A stretch of 63,934 nucleotides of DNA, filler included, from Reticulomyxa filosa (lineage: Eukaryota; Protista; Foraminifera): assembly GCA_000512085.1 (NCBI GenBank). It is 15 parts of 15 records of this genome, joined end to end, with 100 filler letters (N's around TTAATTAATTAA, not from the genome) between each part and the next. Parts side by side here need not be neighbours in the genome. Positions count along the whole stretch, not along the records: positions 24,645 to 26,806 come from ASPP01005810.1; positions 26,907 to 27,969 come from ASPP01039661.1; positions 28,070 to 30,244 come from ASPP01018068.1; positions 30,345 to 36,395 come from ASPP01002510.1; positions 36,496 to 38,107 come from ASPP01018901.1; 10 more parts are not named here. One strand, written 5' to 3'. Under the pieces are notes generated by a model. It was not told where the DNA came from. It saw only the letters and a program-made list of their open reading frames with translations, and searched no databases. A program made the translations under genes and the position numbers. This document shows, in pieces, positions 24,545 through 36,519 of this stretch. Numbering within the stretch: position 1 is the first letter of the stretch; every line of letters starts with the position of its first letter.

Positions 24545-24644
24545 NNNNNNNNNNNNNNNNNNNNNNNNNNNNNNNNNNNNNNNNNNNNTTAATTAATTAA
24601 NNNNNNNNNNNNNNNNNNNNNNNNNNNNNNNNNNNNNNNNNNNN
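24545..24644. other. Artificial contig spacer
   Basis: 44 N + TTAATTAATTAA + 44 N. Confidence 0.98.
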
Positions 24645-25344
24645 TATTACATTTAGTGTAATATTTCATCGGCAGCATACTCCCACAACATTTAAGTGGT
24701 CGTCCCTCCTGCATACTTTTCGTATGTATTCTAAAAAACACTTGTTTAAATCTCTTTGACTGTTTTTATCAATAGACTGGCTTATCCATTTGTTTTTATT
24801 ATTTATACTTTGGAACTTGATGCTTCAGTTTCGGCCTTTCTATTCAATTTCTTTTTTTTCTGGTTAAGTTTTTCGGATTTTCATTCGTTGTGCTCTTTCG
24901 TCAGATCAGTTGTGGTATCTCCACTGAGAGTACAGCTTTCAGTCCTGTAATTCATCAGTTTGCTTTTTCTTAAAGTAGTTCCACTTATATTCCAATGTTT
25001 CAAGTTTTGTAAGCTGCTAATCGTAATAATTTTAATGAATAAAATTGATAAGAATATTGTAACAAAAGCAAGCTGAATATTTAAGGTCATTATTAAGTAT
25101 ACGCATTTGAGACGTTTGAAATTATTTTCAATATGAACTTAGTTTTAGTTAGTAAACGCACTACATTTTTGTTATTTGTCTTGTTATTTGTTCCCTTATT
25201 TAAACGGGGAAAAAAAAGGATAACACTGACCATATTCATATTTGAAGATATAAAAAACAAACAAAAAGAGTAACTAATAAACACATTAGATTAGGTCAAC
25301 AATTGAATTTTTTGACACTAGTTGAAGTAAAAGGTTTGTCGATT

Positions 25345-26745
25345 TCAAGCTTGTTCCAATGCGTCTTCCTCCATTGGCCTAGCATTGTTGCCCACAGGGG
25401 GATGGGAAACATCTGTGGTTCTAGAGGGTAAAGAATTTGCAACGTTATTATGCATATGATTGTCATCCACATGAATATTATTATTATTATTATTATTGTT
25501 ATCGTTATCGTTAGTATTATCAGTATTCCTATTATTGTTGCGATTATTGTTATTGTTAATATGGTCACTTGGATTGGCATTGCTGGGTTGTTTTTTCGTA
25601 ACGTCATATCGACAAAGTGGACATATTTTTTTGATTGGCAGCCATTTTGCAACACATTCTTTGTGAAATTCATGTCCACAAGGTAAAGTATTCAAAACAT
25701 CTCCATCTCCATAGTCGGCCATACAAATTGCACACCCGGGTTTGTTTTCGTCGTCATCTCCATCCTCATCTACCTTTTCGTGTTCTTCTGTTTTCGATTC
25801 ACTCTTCTCTTTTTCTTGTTTTTTGATCCTATTTCATCACATACATACATTTTGGAAAAAGCATTTTTTTTTTCTCCTATGGCATTAATTTTTTTAACAA
25901 AAAGATTGTCTAAACTTCGATTTTTCTTTGACAGCATCCAGCTGTTTAAAAACTCGCGTAGGCAAACTTTTGATAACTTCATTGTTTGCCCCTTCCGGCT
26001 CAGCAAAGAATCGAAGAACGATTAAAACACATGGCAGGCAAATGCAAATGGCGACGACAATTAAAAACGGCAAAGCCTTTTTTTTTTTTGTCCGTCCCCC
26101 ATCATATCCCACATCCAAACAATATGAGTAGTACAAGCATCATAAAAAAAAGCAGAGAGCTTTATGTATATGTATGAAAGAGTAATCCACATCATACCAA
26201 AAAAATATAAACGATAACAACAATGGACAAGCAATAGTACCAAACGACGGGAGCGCTGCTTTGGCACGACTTACTTGTAAACAAAAATGACTGGCCAACT
26301 AGAAACCACAAGAATGTCAAGATATTGACAATGCGTGATATCTGATCATTTATGATTTTAGGTTTGTTCTCAATATCCAACACTCAACTTTTATTTTTTT
26401 CTTAAAAAAAAAAAAAAAGAAAATTCTGATCATTTCGTGTCTTGCAATTGTGTATTAAGACCTGCAATGCTTTTTCATAGGTTCTTGAATAGACGCGTTC
26501 TCGAATTCGAAACCTGTATCATTTGACAACCACAAAAAAAAAAAAAAAAAAAATATGCTGTGATTGCTTCGTGTTGTTGCTTGCTGTTGTGGATGGATAA
26601 CATGAAAATTCGCAAAGGGATGCTGACAAAGTGTCTGCAAGTGTATAGCAATACCCAAAATTTCAGAGGCTCCTTGCAATGATCATTCCATCCTATTGAT
26701 AAAATGGTCGTTGTGACAATCATCTAGTCAAACACCAACAACTAC
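25345..26745 (-). CDS. Multi-pass membrane RING-H2 E3 ubiquitin ligase (5' partial)
   Basis: RING-H2: CAICMADYGDGDVLNTLPCGHEFHKECVAKWLPIKKICPLC. Upstream TM exons: CKEPLKFWVLLY, LWFLVGQSFLF...CQSSAPVVWYYCL, PFLIVVAICICLPCVL...GANNEVIKSLP. Confidence 0.9.
25470..25560. repeat. Trinucleotide (ATT/GTT) microsatellite encoding poly-Asn in the RING ligase tail
   Basis: attattattattattattattgttatcgttatcgtt... visible directly. Confidence 0.85.
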
Positions 26746-26806
26746 GAAAGGAGAGAACATTTTTTTTTTTTTTTTTTTTTTTTTCTTTCACATTTCGAAT
26801 AAATGC

Positions 26807-26906
26807 NNNNNNNNNNNNNNNNNNNNNNNNNNNNNNNNNNNNNNNNNNNNTTAATTAATTAANNNNNNNNNNNNNNNNNNNNNNNNNNNNNNNNNNNNNN
26901 NNNNNN
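26807..26906. other. Artificial contig spacer
   Basis: 44 N + TTAATTAATTAA + 44 N. Confidence 0.98.
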
Positions 26907-26935
26907 ATATATCTCCAACGACAGATGTATTAGTA

Positions 26936-27903
26936 ATGGGGAGTGCTGCCGTGCAAGCGATGAATAAGACAAACGACAACGACAAGATGGGCCTCGTAAG
27001 TCAATTGAGCACGGCAATGAATATTGGCCGTGCAGACAGCTCGCCGTCGCAAGATGCATGGGACGATAATCAGCTCGAACGGGCTCAAACTATTGGCGTG
27101 AGCGACCTGTCTTCCAAAAACAAAAAGACTACGCTGGACGTGCCGCAACGAGCTCAGACGAAAAATAATAGCAACAATAACGAAGGCAAGACTGCACATC
27201 TAATTCGTCGTGCATCTTCGCCCGATGGAAAAAAGGAACGTAACAAGGCCAACATGTTGGCCAATCAAGACGAGTTCACCGATGAGGAGTTTGCCTTGTT
27301 CCATGAAAATGAAAACAAAGGATTATGGAAAAAGTTTTCGCTGCGAAAATTGTCTCCGTTACTCCCTGTGACCAAACAACAATCTCAACCAACTATGAAG
27401 ACAAGCACGTCGACAACAACGACGACGGCGACCGATCGCACTCGACCTCACGTCGCCTCGCAAGTGGTCTTGGATAATGAACCCTCGGACGATCGGTCCA
27501 GAAACGAAGAGGATTATGGCACTCCTCAACCCAATCTCTCCTCCGATAATGTCCTCAAAGACACTTTACAACCCCCTACACATGCTCAAGACAAGGAACA
27601 ACTCAAACCACTGGGAGGTTATTCCAATACTATCATTGAAGTAAAGAAAGATTATATGTCCATTGGCGATGGGTACGTTTTTCTTCTTTTTACTTCTTTT
27701 TATGCTTTTTACGAATATATACATATATATACATATATATATACATATAATGTATGCATGTTGAATGATTTTTTGATAGGGTGATCAATGCCATTTATAT
27801 TGATAAAAACTTGAATCATGGAACCACCAGCAGATGTCCGTCGTTGCGGTGTCCGCGGTTAGTCCAAAGTCTTGATGGGCTTTTCCAAATTCGTCATGTG
27901 GAA
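26936..27903 (+). CDS. Hypothetical protein with a long disordered region (partial)
   Basis: Relatively GC-rich ORF 26936 to about 27673, a TA-rich intron to about 27780, then a second exon VINAIYIDKNLNHG...FQIRHVE. No family recognised. Confidence 0.7.
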
Positions 27904-27969
27904 GTTTGGTGCGTAGAATAAATACATATTTTAGTCTTGCTTTGTTTTTTGTTGGTTTTTTTTTTTTTT

Positions 27970-28069
27970 NNNNNNNNNNNNNNNNNNNNNNNNNNNNNNN
28001 NNNNNNNNNNNNNTTAATTAATTAANNNNNNNNNNNNNNNNNNNNNNNNNNNNNNNNNNNNNNNNNNNN
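27970..28069. other. Artificial contig spacer
   Basis: 44 N + TTAATTAATTAA + 44 N. Confidence 0.98.
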
Positions 28070-29408
28070 TAGTTCCATTTAGGTATGGCAGTTTTTTTTG
28101 CAATATACTGTATAATGCAACTTGCCACAAGACTGAAGAAATAATGAATTGATTTGAAGAAAATGACCAAAATTAATCATTTTTCCACTAATTCTCCAGA
28201 TTTAAACACAATTAAAATATTTAGTTGATAATATATTATTAATGGCATATTAAATGTAATAGAAGAGTTGTTACTAGAATGAATTTCAATAAAACAAAAG
28301 TAAATAAGAAAATAAATCACGATACACAAAACAAAAAGGAAAATAAAAAGGTAATGAAAGTGAAGAGTTTTAGTTATAAAAAGGTTCTAGCCATTCAAAC
28401 TTGATCATAGTTAGTAGTGCGTACATCAATAATAAATAAAATTATATAAAGTCAAAAAATTAATATAAAACAATAATTATGTGAAAAATTTGAAAAGATT
28501 TGAAAGTATTAACAATCAATATGACAAACACTACTAGAATAAATGCCAGGAAGAATATAAGCATTAATTAATGACAAATAAAGACTGGTAAAATGGTAAA
28601 AAAATCAAAAAAATTTTTAAGTTAAAATTTAATTTTTAAAGAAATTCAAATAGTTTAATTAAATGTTGAATTTTTTTAAAAACTACGAAAGATACAATGT
28701 TAATTTTTAAAAGTATCTATTGAATTGAATATTTCTAAAAAAGAAACAAAAAAATTTAACAATTTCTTGACAATACATGTTTGTTTTATATGCATTATGC
28801 TAAATTTTGAAAAATCTATAAAAACGATGTTTTTGATCACCAGAAAAAGTTATATAAAACCAATTTAATATTTCAAAATTACAAGACTTGTAGATAAAAA
28901 ATTATGTTTAAATGCTTATTTCATGGAGAAAATTGATTCTCTTCATAAGTGTGACATTTAGATATGCCAGTTTATTTTGCAGCAATGTATGTTTTTTTGA
29001 ATATTGCATTTTTTTGTACATGATATTTAATTTGTGTAACTGTACGTAGTGATTATTGCTACTCAAAAGAGCACAAACAAAATAGTTTGATAAATTTTTT
29101 TATCGGACAGTTTGTTCATACCAGATTTGCTGTTTGCGGCTGGTGTTTTGTGTTATTTTTCACACTTCTAGAATCTTGCGAGAGAGATGCAAATATGTTA
29201 ATTAAATTGAGATAAATAAAAAATAAAACAATAAGCTGGCGGAAATTGCATGATTTTTTGAATGAAAAGAAGTTACTAATGCCGGAAGAATTTACGAGGC
29301 AAAGGAGTAAGCCTTTAATAGTGTGATGGAAAAATACTATTTTATTTACTATTGATGACATTGACATAAAACAAAAGAAGTGAAATAAGGATAAAATACA
29401 AGAATCTG

Positions 29409-30097
29409 ATGGAAAGAACAAAACAAAACAGCAATACGTCGAATAATGAGTCTCGACAAAACACAGAGACGAAAGCCTCAGTAAGCGAATTAGTAAATAT
29501 GAATGAAAGCAAAAACGAAGAAGAAACAAGCACGAGCAATCGAATTTTAAAATTCACAAACGTTTTGTTTTTATCACAAAGAGGAAAAGGAAAAAAAAAG
29601 GGATGATCATTTAAAAGGGGCAGGGGGGGGGGGGGGGAAAAATAGGAAGGAGTTTATGATCCACCGGCGCGTGGAGGAGAATTTGAAAGCAATCACATCA
29701 AAACATCAAAATATACAGTGATGACATTTCTGCCATTGAATTTATTTGAACAACTAATCCGTCCAGCCAATTTTTATTTTTGTATCATTGCAATACTTCA
29801 AGTTTTGTGTTCCCCCTTTTGCCCTCTTTGCATATGTTAAGGCAATCCTTTTTTTATAGATTTTTTTTAAACTTAGCTTCCCTCCCTTTTTTTTTTATAT
29901 GAAAATAATGTGAAGACAATTACAATTGTGGTTTATTTTTTTTTTTTTTTTTTAATGAAATGGGTTTATTGTTTGTGTCGTTGGACAAACCAAGTCAATA
30001 CCACAAGTGAGTATTTCTCAAGGCAAGCCTACCATCTTACTGCCATTGATTGTCGTCTTCACAATAACCGCAATCAAAGACCTGCTCGAGGATTTGG
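29409..30097 (+). CDS. P4-type ATPase (phospholipid flippase), 5' part
   Basis: Exon at about 29646-29801 reads [40 protein letters not shown]. Exon at about 29995-30097 reads [34 protein letters not shown]. Together these form the N-terminal/TM1-2 signature of P4-ATPases. Confidence 0.92.
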
Positions 30098-30205
30098 TAT
30101 GTAATAATATGTTCATCGCCATAGCTATGTGAACTCTGTCTTGTGTGTTTGTATGGATTACATTATGTCCGAGTCTTTGGTACATCCTTTCGAAATGACA
30201 CCCAA

Positions 30206-30244
<39 letters not shown>

Positions 30245-30344
30245 NNNNNNNNNNNNNNNNNNNNNNNNNNNNNNNNNNNNNNNNNNNNTTAATTAATTAA
30301 NNNNNNNNNNNNNNNNNNNNNNNNNNNNNNNNNNNNNNNNNNNN
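30245..30344. other. Artificial contig spacer
   Basis: 44 N + TTAATTAATTAA + 44 N. Confidence 0.98.
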
Positions 30345-30790
30345 ACTTGAATCAACAACATAGATCAGCGACATTCCTGAACAATCATAGATTGAATCCC
30401 TATTTCATATAGCAATGGAATAGACATTGGATATTTGAAGTAGTTGATAATCCAAGACATGTGATTCCACGATATTTCCTATCTAACCTGATGGAAGCTC
30501 AATCATTTGAGAAGATTGTTATGCATTCATTGACATTTAGTGAACTCAAGATCATTTGTCTGGCAAACTTGGATTAAATGATTATTTGTTTAATATCCAA
30601 AGATCATAGTTTCCTGATTGTATTTGGTGTGAAAAAGAATAGACTGTCGAGCATTTCCTGATGGAATGTTTGCGGTATCAAGAATTACGTCGCAGTTGGT
30701 GGACAAATGTCCAGACATTGCTTCCAGATATCAATGTAATGTCCCTGTCAATGAAACAATTCATCATTGGGGCAGCAGCAAAGTTTGTAA
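30345..30790 (+). mobile_element. Non-LTR retrotransposon relic: 3' end of ORF2 (CCHC zinc finger)
   Basis: GLNDYLFNIQRS*FPDCIWCEKE*TVEHFLMECLRYQELRRSW matches the C-terminal CxxC...ETVEHFLxxC motif of LINE ORF2, with in-frame stops. Confidence 0.8.
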
Positions 30791-30959
30791 TCGATACCAA
30801 TATGAAAATTTGAAGAAGTTTTTTCAATTTTTTCAAGCAAATTTCAATCCCAACAGATTAACTTTATTGTTTTTCTTTAACTATTTTTGCATGGACCTTT
30901 GGTCGTTGTAAGATTTTTGTGTCTTCCTGGTGTTTTTGTATTTTCTTTTGAGTACTGTG

Positions 30960-31840
30960 TTCTATTTCTTTGCTCTTTTAACTAGAAAGACCTGAGTTTG
31001 TGCAAGTAGATAGTGCAAAAAGCAGTGCGAGTTGAGGATGAAGCGATATAGTAGTCCAATACTTGACACTCCCCATTTAAAAAAAATCATTGGACTGATG
31101 GATTGCAATAGATATTGTATTTGCTGGAGTGTTGATTTCATATCTGCTAATTTTCTTTTTAGCGACTTAATTTCATCCTTGTCTGATTTATTGTTTATCA
31201 GACTTTGGATATTGTTCTTTTTGTTCTGATTCTCTTATACCTTTTCTTTTGTTTTCTGGTGTTCGTTATTATTTTCTTTAGGCCTCTCTTCATTCCATTT
31301 CTTTGACTATTGAGACAGCATCAATATATAAATACTTCTTTGATTGATGCTGCACATTATATTTAATTGAAATGCTTGCAAAACATCTTTTTTCTTCAAT
31401 AATATAGTTTCTTTTTTAGTCAATTTACTTCCAAGTTTTTCTCTTGCCTTGCGAATCACTTCGCATTGCACTGAATCACTCGGATGGTTTTTCTTGCACA
31501 ATATACATCGATGTCAGCTTGGATCATTCTTGTGTCGACATTTCGATGCTTCATTGTTCTTTAATCCACAATACTTGCACGTCTTTCTTTTCTGTGGGCA
31601 TTCTTTAGCAACGTGGTTCAGTTTTAAACAATTTCGACATTGCTTGAAGTGATGTTTTGGCCTTGTTCTTGTCATATAGGACAGTTTGTGTCATGTCGTA
31701 TCCAATCTGAATCTCCTTATCATCAACAACCTCACTAAATAATGAATGTGCTGAACGGCTTTCTTGTTATCACTACTATCATTGCTTTCTTTTAACATTG
31801 CTTGCCTTAATTTGGTGAATGTAATTTTTACAAGGTTCAA
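30960..31840 (-). mobile_element. Non-LTR retrotransposon relic: gag-like ORF1 with three zinc knuckles
   Basis: QCRNCFKLNHVAKECPQKRKTCKYCGLKNNEASKCRHKNDPS*HRCILCKKNHPSDSVQC shows three CCHC-type knuckles (the second has lost its His), typical of LINE ORF1. Stops and frameshifts are present. Confidence 0.8.
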
Positions 31841-32106
31841 CTACTATAAAAATGTTATTATATCGATAAAAAATTTTTATATTATCATAAAAAAATTTTA
31901 TTATTCACAAAAGTTCTGCGTATTCTTGTCATTCTACTAGGAAAATGTACGAGTGTCAGGTCCGACACAGATTACCATAAGTCATACTGATCTCGCCTTC
32001 CAAAAAAACACAATAAAATGATACATAAAACCAAAAATGACTTTTGTGACAAGTCTTCAATATTACCAAAATACGATTCCACCCTCAACCAAAAAAACAA
32101 TCGACT

Positions 32107-33167
32107 TTACAGATTACTTGCATTACAAGTCGAGTGAACACGTTCAATAGATAGTTTGAAGTGTGCGTACAAGTAATTGTGGAATCTACCACAGACTTTA
32201 AGATAATAGTGCTGACCAAACTTGACACTCCACAGCATGCAACAAATGTTGATGAGTGAATCAACAGGAAACAGGAAATAATAAACGTAAGTGATGTTGC
32301 AATAATTACAAAGTGCAAAACAAATGGCACCAGCTACCAGAAGAATAGAAGTGCTCCCTTGATAGTTTTTTTAATTTGCTTTGAACAACGTGTCTCTTTT
32401 AAAGAAACAGAATTTAGTATAAATATAGATCTGTATGTGAGCAAACCAGAAGCAAGTGTGGAGACAACAGTCAATCGCACCAAGGCATCTAGCAAATGGT
32501 CGATTTGGCCTTCGATGCCAGTGGAAACACTGCAAACAATTTGCAAAATACGACGATGAAAAAGTATTGTCACAGATACACTATTAACAAGCATGAACAC
32601 AAAGAGCACAGTGAGACACGGCGATAACATCCAAGACGGGCCAAATGCCTCCAAATAACTCATGCAAAGTGCAGCCAGCAATATCAGAACAATGTTTGCA
32701 CCGACTAATATGTACACAACGCTGTGATATTGATAGATAGTGTCTGTTAAGGTCAGTTTCAATCTTTGCACAAACATCGTTTGCATAAAAAACAATGAAA
32801 GGGCAAATAATGAATCTGTTGCCACTACCTCTACTCTGTAGATGCTGTCTGCTCGTTCTTGCAGAAGCCAATAAATCCAATTGATAGATGATATCAACTC
32901 TTTCAAAAAGATCAACGTGCATGACAGTGTCACTAGTTGCACTGTAGATATCCATGTTTCTTCTCTTTTTTGAAGTGTTATCATTTTTGCTATTTTCGAT
33001 GTGTTTAGCATCAGTGAAGGTTTGCGTCTTTCTGCTGAAGTCGTTTTAGGTGTTGAGCTGTAATACGCACACACTTGGTACCATAATATTAACCAAACAC
33101 TACTGATGCCAATAAAACACAATATTTGAAAGCCACACCCAAAGCAATCTCTCAAAGATATATCCAT
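32107..33167 (-). CDS. Seven-transmembrane (GPCR-like) protein, two exons
   Basis: ORF 32334-33167 has six hydrophobic segments. After an intron at about 32334-32446 the last exon reads AGAICFAL...FLFPVDSLINICCMLWSVKFGQHYYLKVCGRFH...NL*. Confidence 0.7.
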
Positions 33168-33867
33168 TTTGTTTTCAAAATATGTGAGGCCGGCGAAGGG
33201 ATTCAGGCAAGACTTTGTCTACCAACTAAAACGCCCTACTATTGGTAGCTGTTTTTGACGTTTAGTATTTGATTTTGTCAGTTGGTATTTTTTTCTAGAT
33301 TGTGACAGTAATGACTTCCAGTTTCCTCAGTTCTTCTAGTCTGTGATTTTTACTTACAGATCCCACTAACTTAAAATGTTTGCAGAAAGGCTGTGTTTAA
33401 ATAAATGAACATGATTTTTGAGATACGTAGCACAAATGATTGTAGTACATGTTCAATTTATTGCGTAGTTATTTTGCAAATTTAAAAACAAGAAACATTT
33501 GGATGAAACTCATATCGAAAAAAAAACACATAATAAGACATCTACTTGTATAATGCCCATAGCTCACACGGAAAAAAAATGATAAAACTTTGCACCCAGG
33601 AAAAAAAAAAGCACACACAAGTAAGATAAGCTAAAAGCACTCCAAAACCAAACTAGTGCAGTCTATCACCATTGGGAGGGAGGAAAAAACAAGAAGCGAT
33701 CCTAACTCAAACGTAAAGTAAACAAACAGCAAACAAAAAACTTTGGGGAGGGGAGGAAAAAAAACACATCCAACAGAAAATGTTGGATTGTTATATGGTT
33801 ATAGTTTTTGACTTTACTTTAAACTAAAACACAAAACAAGAACAATCGGAAGGAAGTCGGAGCGGAA

Positions 33868-36277
33868 TCAATTGAAGGACTCCACGGTTCTCCCGTTGTC
33901 GTCCAATAGAGCAAATTGGTCATCTTCAATGGACTCTTTTCTGGAAATGGATACGTCTCCTTCCAAATCGGTGAATGTGTCAACAATTTGCCGTAGCCAA
34001 ATTGGTGCAGTGACCAGCGCCGTAGTTTTTGTTCGTTTGTGTCCGGTTTCGCTCAGTCGAGAAGGTAACATCTTTTGAAATTGTTGTCATAACAAAGTGT
34101 AAGTTTTTTTTGTTGGTTGATTTGTGCATTTCATCACAAATGGAAAACACGAATATACGTAAACAAAAAGTATTTGCGAGAACATACTTTGTGAATGCAC
34201 TTTTCAAACACTTTTTGCACATTTTTGCCAGTCGCAGCGCTGCATTCCACGATACTAACCTGAGTGGAGTCAGCATAAATATCGTCGACGTTGGCATCAT
34301 CCTCAACGAGTTTGTAGTCGTCGTTGTCATTTTCAAAATCTGTAGGCTCGTGAGCAGGGGACATTAGTTTAATTTTTTTGAGTGAAATGTGGCCACTATC
34401 GTCACTGGCGACGTCCGACACGTCTCCGTTCTCATTTGCGATGCGTTTGGCGGTGTCGTTTGCGCTGCAATGTCGTTTCCGCGTATCACGAGAACGAGTC
34501 TCGTCACCGCGGTCTTTTGTCCGTCGATTGTGCGACGTGTTGTTATTGTTGTTGTTATTGTTGTTATTATTACTGTTATTATTGTTATTATTGTTGTTAT
34601 TGTTGTCGTTGTCATTGTCTTCGTCACTCCACGTGGTGTCGTTTTGAGTGAAGAGCACATTGACTGACGGCGGATTCCAAAGGGTTTCGTCGACTTGTTT
34701 GCGAACGCCGACGGTGGATAGCGGAGTTTGCGGAGACAACGCGGCGTTGTAATCGGACTTGTTATGGTTGTTGGACGAGCCGAGCGTTCCGACGGTGTCG
34801 AGCGCAATCACGTGGGAGTGCAAAGGATGGCCAAGAGGCGTCGTCGCGATCAGGTGGTTTTGACTTTGGCTTTGAGGAGTCATTGCGTAGCTTGGAGGAG
34901 TCCCGACAGAGGATAGATCATCCAGCTCCTCCACAGCGTCGTGAGGCGAGTTGCCATTACCATTTGCATTTGTATTTGCATTTACATTTGCATTTGCATT
35001 CCAATAGTATCCCTGCCATTGACTATCGACAATGGGTTGGATATTGGTTTGCACAAAGTTTTGAATGTCTTGGTGATAAATCACGCGCTGCTGCTTTTGG
35101 TCGCACTTGTTGGCGACTACGATCACCGGAATGAATGGTGGATCACTGCCATTCAGCAAAGGCTCGCTAGCAACGGAAGATGTCCGACGTTTACGTATCA
35201 ACGGCATTTTGCTTAAAAAGTCTTGGTATCTGGTGACATTATAAACATATCCACATATATTCATATATAAATATATGAATATGTATGAAATGTTTGTTCA
35301 AAACTTAAATAGCAAATATTCCAACGAAGACGTATCCGTGACATCGCAGACCAAGACAAGCGCGTCAACTTTTTCAAAGAACGTGTCGTCACCGATGGCG
35401 TGGAATCCCAAGTCGATGATATGCAAATTCACGTTCAGATCCATTTTCGATACGCGAATGTGTTTCTTTTGACTGCCGATGGGGTCCTTGGTCAATTGCG
35501 ATTGCGGAATGGCCTCGGCGGGGGCAGGACTGGACTCGAGTTCCACCTGCACATTATCGTCATCGTCGTCCCTATACTCGAAGTCTGCGAACGAGAAGAG
35601 GGGACCAACGTGTTTGGCCTCACGCTCCTTGTCGCCGTCATCGTCGTTGTTGTTGTTGTCGACGTTCTGTGGTCGATTGGGACTGCGACAGCCCCTGTCA
35701 ATGGAAATATCCGTGGGATGAGTTGGAATGGGATCGTCGAACAGCCCCTCCATGTCCATATTGGTATCAGCAAAAATCTTTTCCTGCAGTTCGATGGGGA
35801 CGGTGCACTTGTGTTGATACTCTTTGAGTTCTACTGATCGCTTGTACTTGAAGCTGAATCGATCGGCGACAAAGCGTTTTGCGATACTCGATTTGCCGGT
35901 GCGACTTCCGCCGATGAGAACGATGGTGAACTCGTGTGTAATGTCCGTTGCGTTTTCCTTAATTTTGTGCGAGTCGTCAGTGGCCAGTGTGATGGTATTG
36001 AATCGAAAAGGCGCGTTGCTCTTTGTTTCATTCTCAGTCTCTGTCTCTGTTTCGGTTTCATTTTCGTTCATCACCGACAGTGGTGAATAGTGATGCTTTA
36101 GTTCTTGCGGTGTCGTCGAGTCGTTGTTTTTGCTGAACCATTTATCGAACGTCATTCTTCTCATACCCTTTCCTACCATCATCTTGCGTTTGCGTTTCCA
36201 CTTTTCATTGTGCAGTCGCATTCCGCCGTCTGTCTTCCTTCGATCCAGCCAATCCTCGCTTTCCACTGGTGTCAAGT
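33868..36277 (-). CDS. Atypical Ras-superfamily GTPase with large low-complexity insertions (5' partial)
   Basis: G1 IVLIGGSRTGKSSI, G3-like LHIIDLG, ALVLVCDVT, G4 VVANKCD and G5 ECSAATGKNV. Introns at 35230-35304 and about 34072-34185. Confidence 0.85.
34538..34620. repeat. (TTG/TTA)n microsatellite encoding poly-Asn within the GTPase insertion
   Basis: gttgttattgttgttgttattgttgttattattactgttattattg... visible directly. Confidence 0.9.
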
Positions 36278-36395
36278 CTTGTTTGTTTGTTTGTCCATGT
36301 CACAATTTTACAACATTACGACTGTGCATTTGTCTTATATTAAAAAAAAAAAACACACATATGTACATATATATATATATATATATATTGTTAAA

Positions 36396-36495
36396 NNNNN
36401 NNNNNNNNNNNNNNNNNNNNNNNNNNNNNNNNNNNNNNNTTAATTAATTAANNNNNNNNNNNNNNNNNNNNNNNNNNNNNNNNNNNNNNNNNNNN
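36396..36495. other. Artificial contig spacer
   Basis: 44 N + TTAATTAATTAA + 44 N. Confidence 0.98.
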
Positions 36496-36519
36496 TTTTT
36501 TTTTTTTGTAATACAGATT

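Noticed and set aside
34364-36447. Many overlapping antisense ORFs, including poly-Leu, poly-Cys/Tyr and poly-Val/Ile peptides
   Set aside because: These are shadows of the GC-richer GTPase coding strand and its trinucleotide repeats.
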